Numbered from the stretch's first letter, positions 19,172-28,839 are shown. The stretch is 64,000 bases of DNA from Thermoproteota archaeon (GCA_027492035.1 JAOZFT010000004.1:512001-576000), one strand, 5' to 3'. Numbers and translations: made by a program. The notes: generated by a model from the letters alone, not told the origin.

Positions 19172-19582
19172 ATGAGTAAAGGAGTAGATATAACGTTTTT
19201 GAAGGGGGAAAAAATCAAGAGATCTTGTGAAGCAAACTTTTATTCAAAACCTAATTTCTTCGCACAAACAGGGATAGGAAGGGTCTATTTAACAAATAAA
19301 AGACTAATTTTAGCAATGAGGAAATCAAGTTTGAAAAGGTGGTTAGTGATGGGTTTCTTGACATTGTTGTTCAAAAAGGTAATTTATATCCCCCATAGCG
19401 ACATAGTTAATGTTTCTCTAATCAAATCTTTCAAAACAAGTTTGATAGGTCTGACTTTTATAGGTGAAGGAGGGGGGAAAGAAAAAATTTACCTAGAACT
19501 CTCTCTACAGAGTTCAAGAAACAACTTGGAAAAGAAAAGAAAGGAATGGTTTAGGGAATTAAAGAAGATTTCGAAGAATTAA
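19172..19582 (+). CDS. PH/GRAM-like domain protein
   Basis: GRVYLTNKRLIL...IYIPHSDIVNV pattern. Confidence 0.6.
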   Translation: MSKGVDITFLKGEKIKRSCEANFYSKPNFFAQTGIGRVYLTNKRLILAMRKSSLKRWLVMGFLTLLFKKVIYIPHSDIVNVSLIKSFKTSLIGLTFIGEGGGKEKIYLELSLQSSRNNLEKKRKEWFRELKKISKN

Positions 19583-19619
19583 AAATAGCTCTTAAAGACT
19601 CCTTTTTTAACTAATTTTT

Positions 19620-20222
19620 TTAAATGCTTCCCCAAACTTGTTTGAAATACTCCTCTTCAATTTCTCCTACTTTTTTACTTATGAGTAAAAGGCTTGCCTC
19701 ATGGTTCCTAGTCATTGCGTAATAACTAAAATTATGGGAACCTACAATTACAATATACCCGTCAATTATTATTAGTTTATCATGTGTAATTTTTGATTTT
19801 TCATCCCACTTTACATTTACCCCCTCCTTTTCTAACCAATTGTAAGTGTCTTTATTTGGAGCGACAGACCCCTCAAGTATCACTTTAACATCCAACCCCT
19901 CTTCTGATTTATTAATTAAGTACCCAGCCACTATATCTGGTGGTCTTTCAGGGGGTCCAGCTTCGTTGTATGTCTTAAATTCGTAAATAATTATGTGTAT
20001 GGACTTGTTTGCTTTGGAAAGCCAATGTGTTAAATTCAAGAAATAACTTTGGTCATTTAAAACCTTGACTGTAGCGTTTCCGCTGCAGCGTAAGTATTTG
20101 TTTCTGTAACTTAAAGCCTCCTTTTTGAACTCTATAGATTTCTCATAAAAGTAAGCAGTAGTGAACAATAAGAAAAAAACAATCATCAGAAGGAATGAAT
20201 TAAAGGTTTTCCTTCTTGCCAA
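19620..20222 (-). CDS. membrane-anchored phospholipase D-family protein with a single HKD motif (Nuc-like)
   Basis: N-terminal TM; THDKLIIID...GSHNFS...NHE. Confidence 0.88.
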   Translation of the reverse strand: MARRKTFNSFLLMIVFFLLFTTAYFYEKSIEFKKEALSYRNKYLRCSGNATVKVLNDQSYFLNLTHWLSKANKSIHIIIYEFKTYNEAGPPERPPDIVAGYLINKSEEGLDVKVILEGSVAPNKDTYNWLEKEGVNVKWDEKSKITHDKLIIIDGYIVIVGSHNFSYYAMTRNHEASLLLISKKVGEIEEEYFKQVWGSI

Positions 20223-20239
20223 AGAAACCCCCCTTTTCC

Positions 20240-21322
20240 TTAAAAGCTCCAGTAATCAGCCAACTTGTTTTTTAATTCATTAAAAACTCTTTCAGCTTTA
20301 TTTAAAACATTTTCAGAAGAAAAAGTTTCCTTTTCAGGAACATTGTAAGGTATGTCTGCCATCACTGACACAGAAGCAAGTAAAGAAGATTTTAAACCTT
20401 TACCGTAACCTCCCTCCAGAGTAGCTGCAAATCTTCCGCTACATTTCTCAACTGCTATTTCCAAACCTTTCTTAAAAGCTAGTTTGTAACCATTCGCTGA
20501 CAAATTCATGTCTGTTATTGGATCAGCTTTATGTGCGTCAAAACCTGCAGAAACAAGTACAAATTGGGGTGAAAACTGTTCAGCAACTGGCAAAATTATT
20601 TCCTCTAAGGCCCTCTCATAAACATCATCTCCTGTCTTTGGTGGGAGAGGTATGTTTATGTTGAATCCCTCCCCCTCATTGGACCCTATTTCGTCTGTGA
20701 AGCCTGTGCCGGGGTAAAGGGTTCTTGGATCTTGGTGAAGACTTATGAATAGAACATCTGGTCGATTATAGAATATTTCCTCGGTTCCATTACCGTGGTG
20801 GCAGTCCACATCCAAAATTAAAACCCTTTTAATTCCTCTATTCCTCACTAAATTCTCAGCAGCTATTGCAATGTTGTTAAATACGCAGAAACCGGCTGTA
20901 GGGGCGTGTAAAGCCTTTCCATTAAAGCCTGCATGATGACCTGGTGGCCTAACTAAAGCAAAACCATTTAAGAACTTCTTTTTCAATATTAAATCCGTTA
21001 ACCCAGTCAATCCCCCTGCTGCATATAATGCAGCTTCAAAACTTCCTGGAGAGACAGGAGTGTCACCGTCAAGATATCCTCCTCTTTCTGTCGTAAATTT
21101 TACAAATTCTACGTAATCTTCCTCATGTACAAGAAGAATATCTTTTAAAGAAGCCTTTTCAGGTTTTTGTAAAGTGCACCCTTTCTCAAAAAAATTTTGG
21201 CTTCCTAATGCATCTAAAGCGTCTATGAGCCTCTTTGGTGATTCAGGGTGAAATGAGCCTGTCTCATGTTTCAGGTAAATTTCATCATAAACTATAGCTG
21301 TTTTTTCCATGTTTAAAAACAC
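20240..21322 (-). CDS. histone deacetylase/AcuC/AphA family deacetylase
   Basis: HPESPKR, RPPGHHA, GFCVFNN, DVDCHHGNGT, SAGFD, LEGGY. Confidence 0.95.
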   Translation of the reverse strand: MFLNMEKTAIVYDEIYLKHETGSFHPESPKRLIDALDALGSQNFFEKGCTLQKPEKASLKDILLVHEEDYVEFVKFTTERGGYLDGDTPVSPGSFEAALYAAGGLTGLTDLILKKKFLNGFALVRPPGHHAGFNGKALHAPTAGFCVFNNIAIAAENLVRNRGIKRVLILDVDCHHGNGTEEIFYNRPDVLFISLHQDPRTLYPGTGFTDEIGSNEGEGFNINIPLPPKTGDDVYERALEEIILPVAEQFSPQFVLVSAGFDAHKADPITDMNLSANGYKLAFKKGLEIAVEKCSGRFAATLEGGYGKGLKSSLLASVSVMADIPYNVPEKETFSSENVLNKAERVFNELKNKLADYWSF

Positions 21323-21523
21323 CAGGTAAGAGAAGAAAAATTTTCAGCAACACTCATTTGTGAAAACTAAGGGGTTTTTAAAAATTTTTATCCTCGGGAC
21401 TTCTTATAATAGGGGAGGACTTTTAATTTTAAATGTGCCTAATCCGAGTGGGAAAACCTGTTTTCGGTTTATAAGGTTATGTTGATGACTAGTCTCAGAG
21501 GAAACATTAACTTTTCCTTATGG

Positions 21524-22510
21524 TTAAGGTATTCTCTCCTCTATAACTGAGCCGGTTAATGCAGGCTGGGTTTCATAAACAGGATAATTTAAACTTTTTA
21601 TTCTTTCTAAAACATATTCTTTATTCTTAGGGTCTGTTAATATAAGTACACATCCTCCTCCGCCCCCTCCCGTTAATTTAGCACCTAAGGCACCTACTTT
21701 AGAAGCTGTTTGAACTATTTCGTCAAGTTCTTTCGTGGAAACCCCTATCGACGAAAGTAAACCGTGACTGATAAACATTAACTCACCTAGTTTGCTCCAG
21801 TCTCTTTTCTTTAAAGCTTTCTCACCTTGTAAAGTTGTTTCTTCAATTGCTTCCATTACCTTACCAATTATTTCAGTGTTTCTTTCAAACCTCTCCCTTA
21901 CTTTCCTAATCATTTCTTTTGTTGAGGTTTTCTTCTTTGTCCAAGCTATCAGTAAAGGCATATCTACCCCTTCCTCCAATTTTTTTGTCTCCATTACGTC
22001 CCCGCTCCAAAAAACTTTCACTAATCCGCCATATACTGCACACGCTGGCCCTGTTTTTGAGGCTTTTCCATGAATTTTCTCCTCCACTTCATAAACCCTC
22101 TCCAGTAACTCTTTATTTCTTAGTTCTTTCCCGGTTATGGCTGAAACAGCTTTAAAAATACTTGCAGAAACTGAGGCAGAGCTAGCCATTCCACTACCTA
22201 CAGGCACCTCTGAGGTTATTTTCAAGTTTAGCCCTTTCTTGTACCCTGTTTCATCCAAAAACTTAAGCAATGGGTTTATAAAAACCTTTAAGTCTTTTAA
22301 ACCCTTTATTTCAACTTCTCCATTTCTTTCGTTCGCTTCAATAAATCCTTTAAAATTAACTGAGTAAATTCTTACTTTCTTTTCACTTATTTCTTCAGCT
22401 TCTACTTTAGACCTAATATTTACGCTACAAGCTAAAGCTGGTTTTCTATAAAGTACGGCGTGTTCACCGAAAAGAAAAGCTTGAGAAGGTGAAGAAGCTA
22501 CAACCTTCAT
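21524..22510 (-). CDS. mvk: mevalonate kinase (GHMP)
   Basis: LFGEHAVLY, PVGSGMASSAS, HGKAS, GAKLTGGGGGGC. Confidence 0.9.
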   Translation of the reverse strand: MKVVASSPSQAFLFGEHAVLYRKPALACSVNIRSKVEAEEISEKKVRIYSVNFKGFIEANERNGEVEIKGLKDLKVFINPLLKFLDETGYKKGLNLKITSEVPVGSGMASSASVSASIFKAVSAITGKELRNKELLERVYEVEEKIHGKASKTGPACAVYGGLVKVFWSGDVMETKKLEEGVDMPLLIAWTKKKTSTKEMIRKVRERFERNTEIIGKVMEAIEETTLQGEKALKKRDWSKLGELMFISHGLLSSIGVSTKELDEIVQTASKVGALGAKLTGGGGGGCVLILTDPKNKEYVLERIKSLNYPVYETQPALTGSVIEERIP

Positions 22511-22583
22511 TTTTCCTTGCCCCTTTGCTCATGAAAAATAGGAGAAAATTAATTTTTAAAACCACGCTACCCTCCAAAAACTT

Positions 22584-23138
22584 ATGAGTCTAAAAAATAT
22601 TAAAATAAAATTTAAAGTTTGGCTTGAGTACGAAGGTGAAGCAGTGCTTGGGAAGGGGGGAGCTTCGTTGCTTAACGCTGTTAAAAAATACAGAAACTTG
22701 GTGAAAGCCGCTAAATATACAGGGATGTCTTACCGTAAGGCATGGTTTTACCTTAAAAGAATGGCTGAAGTACTCCATGAACCTGTGGTTGAAACACGTC
22801 ACGGAGGGTCGGGAGGGGGTGGTGAAACTAAACTTACTGCATTGGGTGAATTTATTCTTCAAAAATATCAGAAATTTGAGAGTTTCATAAAATACGCTTT
22901 AAAGAATTCTTTTCTGTGGACAGGTGTAAGTTTGAGAAGCGAAAAAGTAAACGTTGTTGAGGGTGAAGTTTCTTTTGTGAAAGAGGGGAAGGATGCTGTG
23001 ATGGTTGAGGTGGAGACAAAGTCCCCTGTAACAATTTCATCAATTATAACTGTTGAAGCTGTTGAAGAATTAAAGTTGGAAGTGGGCAGTGAAGTCCAGG
23101 CTTTCTTGAAAGCTACTGAGGTGAACATTACAACTTGA
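22584..23138 (+). CDS. ModE-like molybdate/tungstate-responsive regulator (wHTH plus one TOBE)
   Basis: GMSYRKAW, GGSGGG.T.LT..G, ISSIIT..AVEELKL.VG....KATEV. Confidence 0.88.
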   Translation: MSLKNIKIKFKVWLEYEGEAVLGKGGASLLNAVKKYRNLVKAAKYTGMSYRKAWFYLKRMAEVLHEPVVETRHGGSGGGGETKLTALGEFILQKYQKFESFIKYALKNSFLWTGVSLRSEKVNVVEGEVSFVKEGKDAVMVEVETKSPVTISSIITVEAVEELKLEVGSEVQAFLKATEVNITT

Positions 23139-23350
23139 AAGATAGAAAAGTTAGTGCAAGAAACATATTCAATGTAAAGGTAAAAAATATTGAAAAAGGG
23201 GATAACTTGGCTTTAGTAACCTTAAAAACAAAGGAAAAAATTAAAATAAGAGCTTTAATCGACTCCGAAGCCTTTAAAACATTTATTTTAGAGAAAGGTC
23301 AGAAAGTAAAAGTTGTTTTTAAAGCAACTGAAGTTCTTCTTCAATCTTAA
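23135..23350 (+). CDS. TOBE/Mop (molbindin) domain; possibly the frameshifted C-terminus of the upstream ModE
   Basis: VSARN...VFKATEV; TTG start overlaps the upstream TGA (TTGA). Confidence 0.75.
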   Translation: MKDRKVSARNIFNVKVKNIEKGDNLALVTLKTKEKIKIRALIDSEAFKTFILEKGQKVKVVFKATEVLLQS

Positions 23351-23375
23351 TTTCTTCAAAATTTCCTTTACGACA

Positions 23376-23858
23376 TTAAGCCACTTTCTCAAGCTCTATT
23401 TTTCCCTTTACTTCAGAAACCCAGTATTCTCCTTTCTCAGTTGTTTCTTTCTTCCATATTGGGGTTTCGTTCTTTATTTCGTCAATTATTTCTTCAGCCA
23501 CTTTGAAAGCCTCTTTCCTACATTCAGCCGCAACCAGTATATAAACTATGTCTTCACCGGGGGATAAATCATCTACAACATGTGTAATAAGTATTTCTTT
23601 CACTCCGTTCCTTAAATGTTTCTTCCTTATTTCTTCCAAGCTTTTACTGGCTGACTCCCTATCTGTCTCATAATGGATGCTTTTTAATGGTGAACCATCA
23701 TGTCCAATTCCTCTTACAACCCCCAAAAAAATAACTACTGCTCCACATTTCTTGAAATCTTCCCCCCTTTTTATTTTGTTAAATAGAAGGGTTAAGTTAA
23801 CTTCACCCTTCTTAACTACCTTAACTTTCTCCTCTATTCCTCCATTACCCTTACTCAT
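23376..23858 (-). CDS. moaE: molybdopterin synthase catalytic subunit
   Basis: GAVVIFLGVVR, R..AF, IDEIK...PIWKKE. Confidence 0.92.
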   Translation of the reverse strand: MSKGNGGIEEKVKVVKKGEVNLTLLFNKIKRGEDFKKCGAVVIFLGVVRGIGHDGSPLKSIHYETDRESASKSLEEIRKKHLRNGVKEILITHVVDDLSPGEDIVYILVAAECRKEAFKVAEEIIDEIKNETPIWKKETTEKGEYWVSEVKGKIELEKVA

Positions 23859-24312
23859 CTTTCTCTTGCTCTCTCTTAATTTTACTTAAAACTCTTAAAT
23901 TAGTTATTCTGGTTTCAGGGTATTGTCCCTTTTCATCTTTCTCGTACTTTTTCACCATATCCCAGACGGTGAGCAAACCGATTGAGACGCCTACTAGGGC
24001 TTCCATTTCAACACCTGTTTTCGCTACGCCTTTAACCCTAACTTTAACAATTACTTCCTTATCTTCCACCTCCACTTCTGTATGGACGTTTGTCACGGGG
24101 ATCGGGTGGCAGAGAGGAATAAGTTCAGGTGTTTTCTTAACTGCTAAAATAGAAGCTATCTGAACCGAGGACTTTATATTTCCCTTCTCCACTTTCCTAG
24201 ATTTTATTCTTTCAATTGTTTCTTTTTTCAGCCTTATCCTTCCCGTTGCCTCTGCTTCACGGTAAATTTCCTTTTTAGAACTTATGTCAACCATTCTTAC
24301 TTCCTCAATCAA
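23851..24312 (-). CDS. moaC: cyclic pyranopterin monophosphate synthase
   Basis: MVDISSK, LIPLCHP, TGVEMEAL, WDMVK. Confidence 0.96.
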   Translation of the reverse strand: MIEEVRMVDISSKKEIYREAEATGRIRLKKETIERIKSRKVEKGNIKSSVQIASILAVKKTPELIPLCHPIPVTNVHTEVEVEDKEVIVKVRVKGVAKTGVEMEALVGVSIGLLTVWDMVKKYEKDEKGQYPETRITNLRVLSKIKREQEKDE

Positions 24313-24340
24313 CTTAAAAACACCTCTCCAGTAACTTCCT

Positions 24341-25282
24341 TTATTTAAAGAATGGTTCTCTCCTACTTACTGCTTTTAAAAAAATCATTTTAACCCTTTC
24401 TGTATCTCCTCTCCTTAATTCGTCAATAAACTTAACGTGGTTGTCGTTTCTCATTAAACAAGGTTTAAAGCTTCCGTCACTCGTAACTCTTATTCTTTTA
24501 CAGTATTTGCAGAAACTTGTGTTATGCATAGGTCTAACAATTTCTACAGTTGCTCCATCAGGTAAATAATATTGCTTCCTGTTCTGCATTTCTCTATTCA
24601 CAACCTTCTCGGCTTTCTTCATTAACTCCATTTCAATTTCTTCCATGTCCCAGTGGTATTTCTTAAAGAATTCATTGTTAACATTTATAGATTGAAGTTC
24701 TATTAGTTGAAGAATCACTCCCATATCATGTGAAAACTTTATTGCTTCCTTTATTTCCTTCTCATTTAATCCTTTCAAAACCACCATGTTCACTTTTACA
24801 GGTTTTAACCCAGCTTCAATAGCTTTTCTTATTCCCCTTTTAACTTTCTCGACATCACTGACTGGGTTAAGGCTTCCAGTTATCACTCCATAAACTTTAG
24901 GATCTAAACTAGGCAAACTGACATTAACTCTATCCAACCCATTCCTTTTCAACTCATAAGCTAATTTTTCCAGCAGTAAACCATTTGACACTAATGAGAC
25001 ATCCTTTACTTCCTTAACCGATTTCACTTCCTTAATTATTTCGCAAATGTCCTTCCTTAACAGAGGCTCCCCTCCCGTTATTTTCACTTTATTTATTCCA
25101 TATCCTGCAGCAATTTTAACTATTTCATGGATTTCCTTGGGTGTCAAGTAAGCGTCTTTTGCGTTTAACTGGTCCCCTTCCATGTGACAGTAGATACAGT
25201 TTAAGTTGCATCTCTTGTTTACTGAAATCCTTATATTTGTTAATGGTCTCCCGTAGGGATCTACTAAAACCAATACCTCCAC
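24341..25282 (-). CDS. moaA: GTP 3',8-cyclase (radical SAM)
   Basis: CNLNCIYCHMEG, TGGEPLLR, FCKYCKRIRVTSDG.FKPCL. Confidence 0.96.
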   Translation of the reverse strand: MEVLVLVDPYGRPLTNIRISVNKRCNLNCIYCHMEGDQLNAKDAYLTPKEIHEIVKIAAGYGINKVKITGGEPLLRKDICEIIKEVKSVKEVKDVSLVSNGLLLEKLAYELKRNGLDRVNVSLPSLDPKVYGVITGSLNPVSDVEKVKRGIRKAIEAGLKPVKVNMVVLKGLNEKEIKEAIKFSHDMGVILQLIELQSINVNNEFFKKYHWDMEEIEMELMKKAEKVVNREMQNRKQYYLPDGATVEIVRPMHNTSFCKYCKRIRVTSDGSFKPCLMRNDNHVKFIDELRRGDTERVKMIFLKAVSRREPFFK

Positions 25283-25437
25283 TTCCTTCTTGTAGAAAAT
25301 TCCAGAGAAACTCGGTTTGTAAGGGACATAATTTATTTGTTACAAAAGCTTATCAAGTCTTTCAAAGCTTATAAAAATTTCTCTAACCTCACATGGAGAG
25401 ATAAGGAAAGACAGAAAATTTATAAAAAAGATTTGAT

Positions 25438-27414
25438 GTGGAACCTAGTTTTAAATTTTCAAGGAAAAGACACAAGTCGAGCTATTGTTTACTTCAGGGA
25501 TTAAAAATGAATTTTAAAGGTTATAAGGGGTCCTTTTTAAAGGTTGATTTATCAAGGGGCAAAGTAATTAAAGAAAATCTTGACAAAAAATTTGCGCAAC
25601 TGTATCTTGGTGGTAGAGGATTTAACTCCAAACTTCTTTTCGACAAAGTTAATCCTGCCATAAAGCCTTTCCACCCAGAGAACTTAATAGTTTTAAGTGT
25701 AGGTCCTCTTACTGGAACATTGGCTCCTACATCAGGTAGGTACCACATTTCAGCCAAGTCTCCCTTGACAGGAATAATGGGGTACGGCAACGCTGGAGGT
25801 TTTTTTGGTTCAGAGCTTAAGTATGCAGGGTTTGATGGTTTACTGATCACTGGAAAATCCAAGAACCCTGTTTACCTCTCTATTTGCGACGGTGAAGCTG
25901 AAATAAGGGATGCATCCTTTATTTGGAGCAGAAACACGTTTGAAACCGAGAAACTGGTCAAGGAAAACTTAAGTGACAAAGAAGTCCGGGTTCTTTCAAT
26001 AGGACAAGCTGGAGAGAACCTTGTCAAGTTCGCAGCAGTAATAAATGACAATTTCAGAGCTGCGGCAAGAACAGGTGTAGGTGCAGTGATGGGTTCAAAA
26101 AAACTTAAAGCAATAGCTGTGAAGGGAACAGGTAAAGTGGAAGTAGCCTACCCTGAAAAATTCATTCAAACAGTTGAAGAAACATTTCAAAAAATTTATG
26201 AGGATCCTGCCTACCCCTCTCTTTCAACTTATGGAACCCCTTTCCTGGTTGACTTGGCTCAAGAAAGCGGGGGTTTAGCAACTAGAAACAATCAAACAGG
26301 AGTATTTGAAAAATATGAAGAAATCTCTTCCCACCTTTTCAGAGAAAAAAATGTTGTTAAGTCTGAAGCTTGCTCCGCTTGCCCTATACACTGCGGTAAA
26401 TACGCTAGTGTCAGGGAAGGAAAATATGCAGGAGTTAAGGGTGGAGGGCCTGAATATGAAACAGTGGTTTGTTTAGGTTCTAAAATAGGAGTTGGAAATC
26501 TTGAGGCAATAATGTACTTCAATTTACTGGCTAACATGTATGGTTTAGATACTATTTCACTAGGTGACTCCATCGCCTTTGCGATGGAACTTTTCGAGAA
26601 AGGAATAATCGACGAAAAAGACACTGAAGGTTTAAAACTTACTTGGGGAAACGAAGAAGCAGTTACTGAATTAATAAAGCAAATAGTTTCTAGGGAAAAA
26701 TTCGGGAATATACTGGCTGAAGGAGTGAAGAAAGCAGCTTCAATAATAGGTAGAGGGGCTGAAAAATATGCCTTACATGTTAAAGGTTTAGAGCCTCCAG
26801 CTTACGAAATAAGAACAGCTAAAGCATTTGGTCTAGGTTGGGCTGTAGCTACAAGAGGGGCTGACCATTTAGCAGCCTTGCCTAATTTTGAACTTCTAGG
26901 GTACCCCCCAGAAGTAGGGATTAAATGGTTTGGTACACCAAAAGTGGTAGATCCCTACGCTATTGAGGGAAAACCCTTAATGGTTGTGTGGCATGAAAAC
27001 TTCGCTGCTGCAATTGATTCAGCTATCCTCTGTAAATACTCCACTTTTTCGACTTACGCAGTGAAACCTAAAGACTTAGCTAACCTTTTAACCTTTTCAA
27101 CAGGTTGGAAATACACTGGAAACTTGGTTTTAGAAATAGGGGAAAGAATCTACAATATTGAGAAACTCTTCAATTTAAGGGAAGGTGTAGGGAAGGAAGA
27201 AGATAAATTGCCTTCCCGTTTCACCCATGAACCCCTTCCTGAAGGACCTGGTAAGGGACAAGTTGTTGAACTTGATGAAATGCTGCCCGAATACTACAAA
27301 ATAAGAGGTTGGAATCCTGAAACAAGCTACCCAACACCTGAAAAACTTCGGCAATTAAAATTAATGAAGGAAGGTAGCTTTCTAAACAAAGAAAGGATGG
27401 AAGTAAAGGAATGA
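25438..27414 (+). CDS. aldehyde:ferredoxin oxidoreductase family (W/Mo-pterin)
   Basis: KSPLTG, RTGVGAVMGSK, C.AC.I.C, GPEYET, GLDTIS, RGADH; likely start at the ATG of MNFKGY. Confidence 0.95.
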   Translation: MEPSFKFSRKRHKSSYCLLQGLKMNFKGYKGSFLKVDLSRGKVIKENLDKKFAQLYLGGRGFNSKLLFDKVNPAIKPFHPENLIVLSVGPLTGTLAPTSGRYHISAKSPLTGIMGYGNAGGFFGSELKYAGFDGLLITGKSKNPVYLSICDGEAEIRDASFIWSRNTFETEKLVKENLSDKEVRVLSIGQAGENLVKFAAVINDNFRAAARTGVGAVMGSKKLKAIAVKGTGKVEVAYPEKFIQTVEETFQKIYEDPAYPSLSTYGTPFLVDLAQESGGLATRNNQTGVFEKYEEISSHLFREKNVVKSEACSACPIHCGKYASVREGKYAGVKGGGPEYETVVCLGSKIGVGNLEAIMYFNLLANMYGLDTISLGDSIAFAMELFEKGIIDEKDTEGLKLTWGNEEAVTELIKQIVSREKFGNILAEGVKKAASIIGRGAEKYALHVKGLEPPAYEIRTAKAFGLGWAVATRGADHLAALPNFELLGYPPEVGIKWFGTPKVVDPYAIEGKPLMVVWHENFAAAIDSAILCKYSTFSTYAVKPKDLANLLTFSTGWKYTGNLVLEIGERIYNIEKLFNLREGVGKEEDKLPSRFTHEPLPEGPGKGQVVELDEMLPEYYKIRGWNPETSYPTPEKLRQLKLMKEGSFLNKERMEVKE

Positions 27415-27911
27415 AAAAGAAAATTCTTGTTGTACAACCGAAAAAATGTGACGGCTGCAAAATTTGTGAATTAATTTGTTCATTTACGCATGAAGGCTTC
27501 TTTTCACCTTCAACATCCAGAATAAAAGTGGTTACTGAAAGGGAGAAAGGATTAGATAACCCCTTTTTCTGTTTACAATGTGAAGAACTTTTTTGCGCCG
27601 AAAAATGCCCCACGGAAGCAATAGTGAGAGATGAAGAAACAGGATTAATTGTTACATTAAAAGAGAAATGTGTAAGATGTGGAGTATGTGTCCAATCATG
27701 CCCATTCCTGGCTGTTTCTCTTCATCCAGACAAAAAAATTCCTATTAGATGTGACCTTTGTGGAGGGGATCCTCAATGCGTCAAGTGGTGCCCAGAAAAA
27801 GCACTCTACTACGTGGATTTCGAAACAAGCTTGTTAGCTGAGAAAAGGAAAAATAAAGATTTTATAGGATACATGAACTTCATTTTTGAAAGGCTTAAGG
27901 GTGCTAGATAA
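27411..27911 (+). CDS. 4x[4Fe-4S] dicluster electron-transfer protein (AOR partner)
   Basis: CDGCKICELIC, CLQC....C...CP, CVRCGVCVQSCP, CDLC....PQCVKWCP. Confidence 0.93.
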   Translation: MKKKILVVQPKKCDGCKICELICSFTHEGFFSPSTSRIKVVTEREKGLDNPFFCLQCEELFCAEKCPTEAIVRDEETGLIVTLKEKCVRCGVCVQSCPFLAVSLHPDKKIPIRCDLCGGDPQCVKWCPEKALYYVDFETSLLAEKRKNKDFIGYMNFIFERLKGAR

Positions 27912-28053
27912 AAAATTCTATTATTAGACTGAAACTTTCCCTTCAAAGGGTTTAAACCAGTTTATGGAGGAGGAAATTTGAGAGTGTTAAAAAATTTAAA
28001 AGTAAATAAGGGTTCTCATTTTTTACGGATTTTTCCAGTAAAGGGGCTTAGCA

Positions 28054-28839
28054 TTGGATAAACTGAAAATTGAAGAAGTTCTTTCTAAATTAAGAAAAAG
28101 TCCGTATGTTGAAGAATTTAAGCCTGAAAACGAGTTTGTTTTAGCCTTCTTTAGAGGAAAGGGGGGGAAAGTAAGCAAGAAATGGAACGTGAAGATTTAC
28201 GTGAATAAGGAGAGTGAACCAACAAAAATAGTAACAAACGATTGGGTAACCCTTAAAAGAATAATAAGTGGCGCAATAAATGAAGAAGTAGAAAAGGAAA
28301 AAGTCATTTTCATTGATGACGCAGGTGTAGGGTTTCCAGTTGGAGGGGTGGTTTTAGGAGTTTATGAGGAGCCGTCTAAACGTTTCCTTTTCAAAAGAAT
28401 CCCTGTCAAATACTTTCAAGGAGAGTATTGGAAACAAAAAAAGTACCTAGAGTTTGCCGCTGAAAAAGTAAACGAAATGATCACTCAACTTAAGGCTTCA
28501 CCTGAAGACACCAAAATAGTGATTTGTCCAGGAAATATACATAGAAAAACAAAGCTAAAACTTCGTAAAGAAGGATTTCATGTCGAAATAGATGAAATCA
28601 AGGACCCTCTCCAGTCTCTGATTGAAGAAAAATTCCGAAGTTACCTTGTTTCAGAATTTAATGTTCCAGAAAACCTCTTTTTCGACCCCAAGCTCCAGGA
28701 TCCAAGGAAAGGATTTAGGAAAGTTATTAAATGGCTTAAAGAAAAACCTGAAAGGATGAAATTTGCAAAAACTGGTTGGAAATACTTCAACAAATTCAGT
28801 AGAGAAGGGTATGGAAAGGAAAGAAGTATTACATGGTGA
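28054..28839 (+). CDS. divergent RNase HII/HIII-like protein
   Basis: IFIDDAGVGFPVGG resembles the RNase HII/HIII GxDEAGxGxxxG motif; ~75-aa N-terminal extension. Confidence 0.5.
   Translation: MDKLKIEEVLSKLRKSPYVEEFKPENEFVLAFFRGKGGKVSKKWNVKIYVNKESEPTKIVTNDWVTLKRIISGAINEEVEKEKVIFIDDAGVGFPVGGVVLGVYEEPSKRFLFKRIPVKYFQGEYWKQKKYLEFAAEKVNEMITQLKASPEDTKIVICPGNIHRKTKLKLRKEGFHVEIDEIKDPLQSLIEEKFRSYLVSEFNVPENLFFDPKLQDPRKGFRKVIKWLKEKPERMKFAKTGWKYFNKFSREGYGKERSITW

Noticed and set aside
21480-21550. TGATGA...GAAAC resembling a hammerhead ribozyme core or a C/D-box sRNA
   Set aside because: The core lacks the C of CUGAUGA, no supporting stems were found, and the nearest CTGA lies inside the mvk coding end
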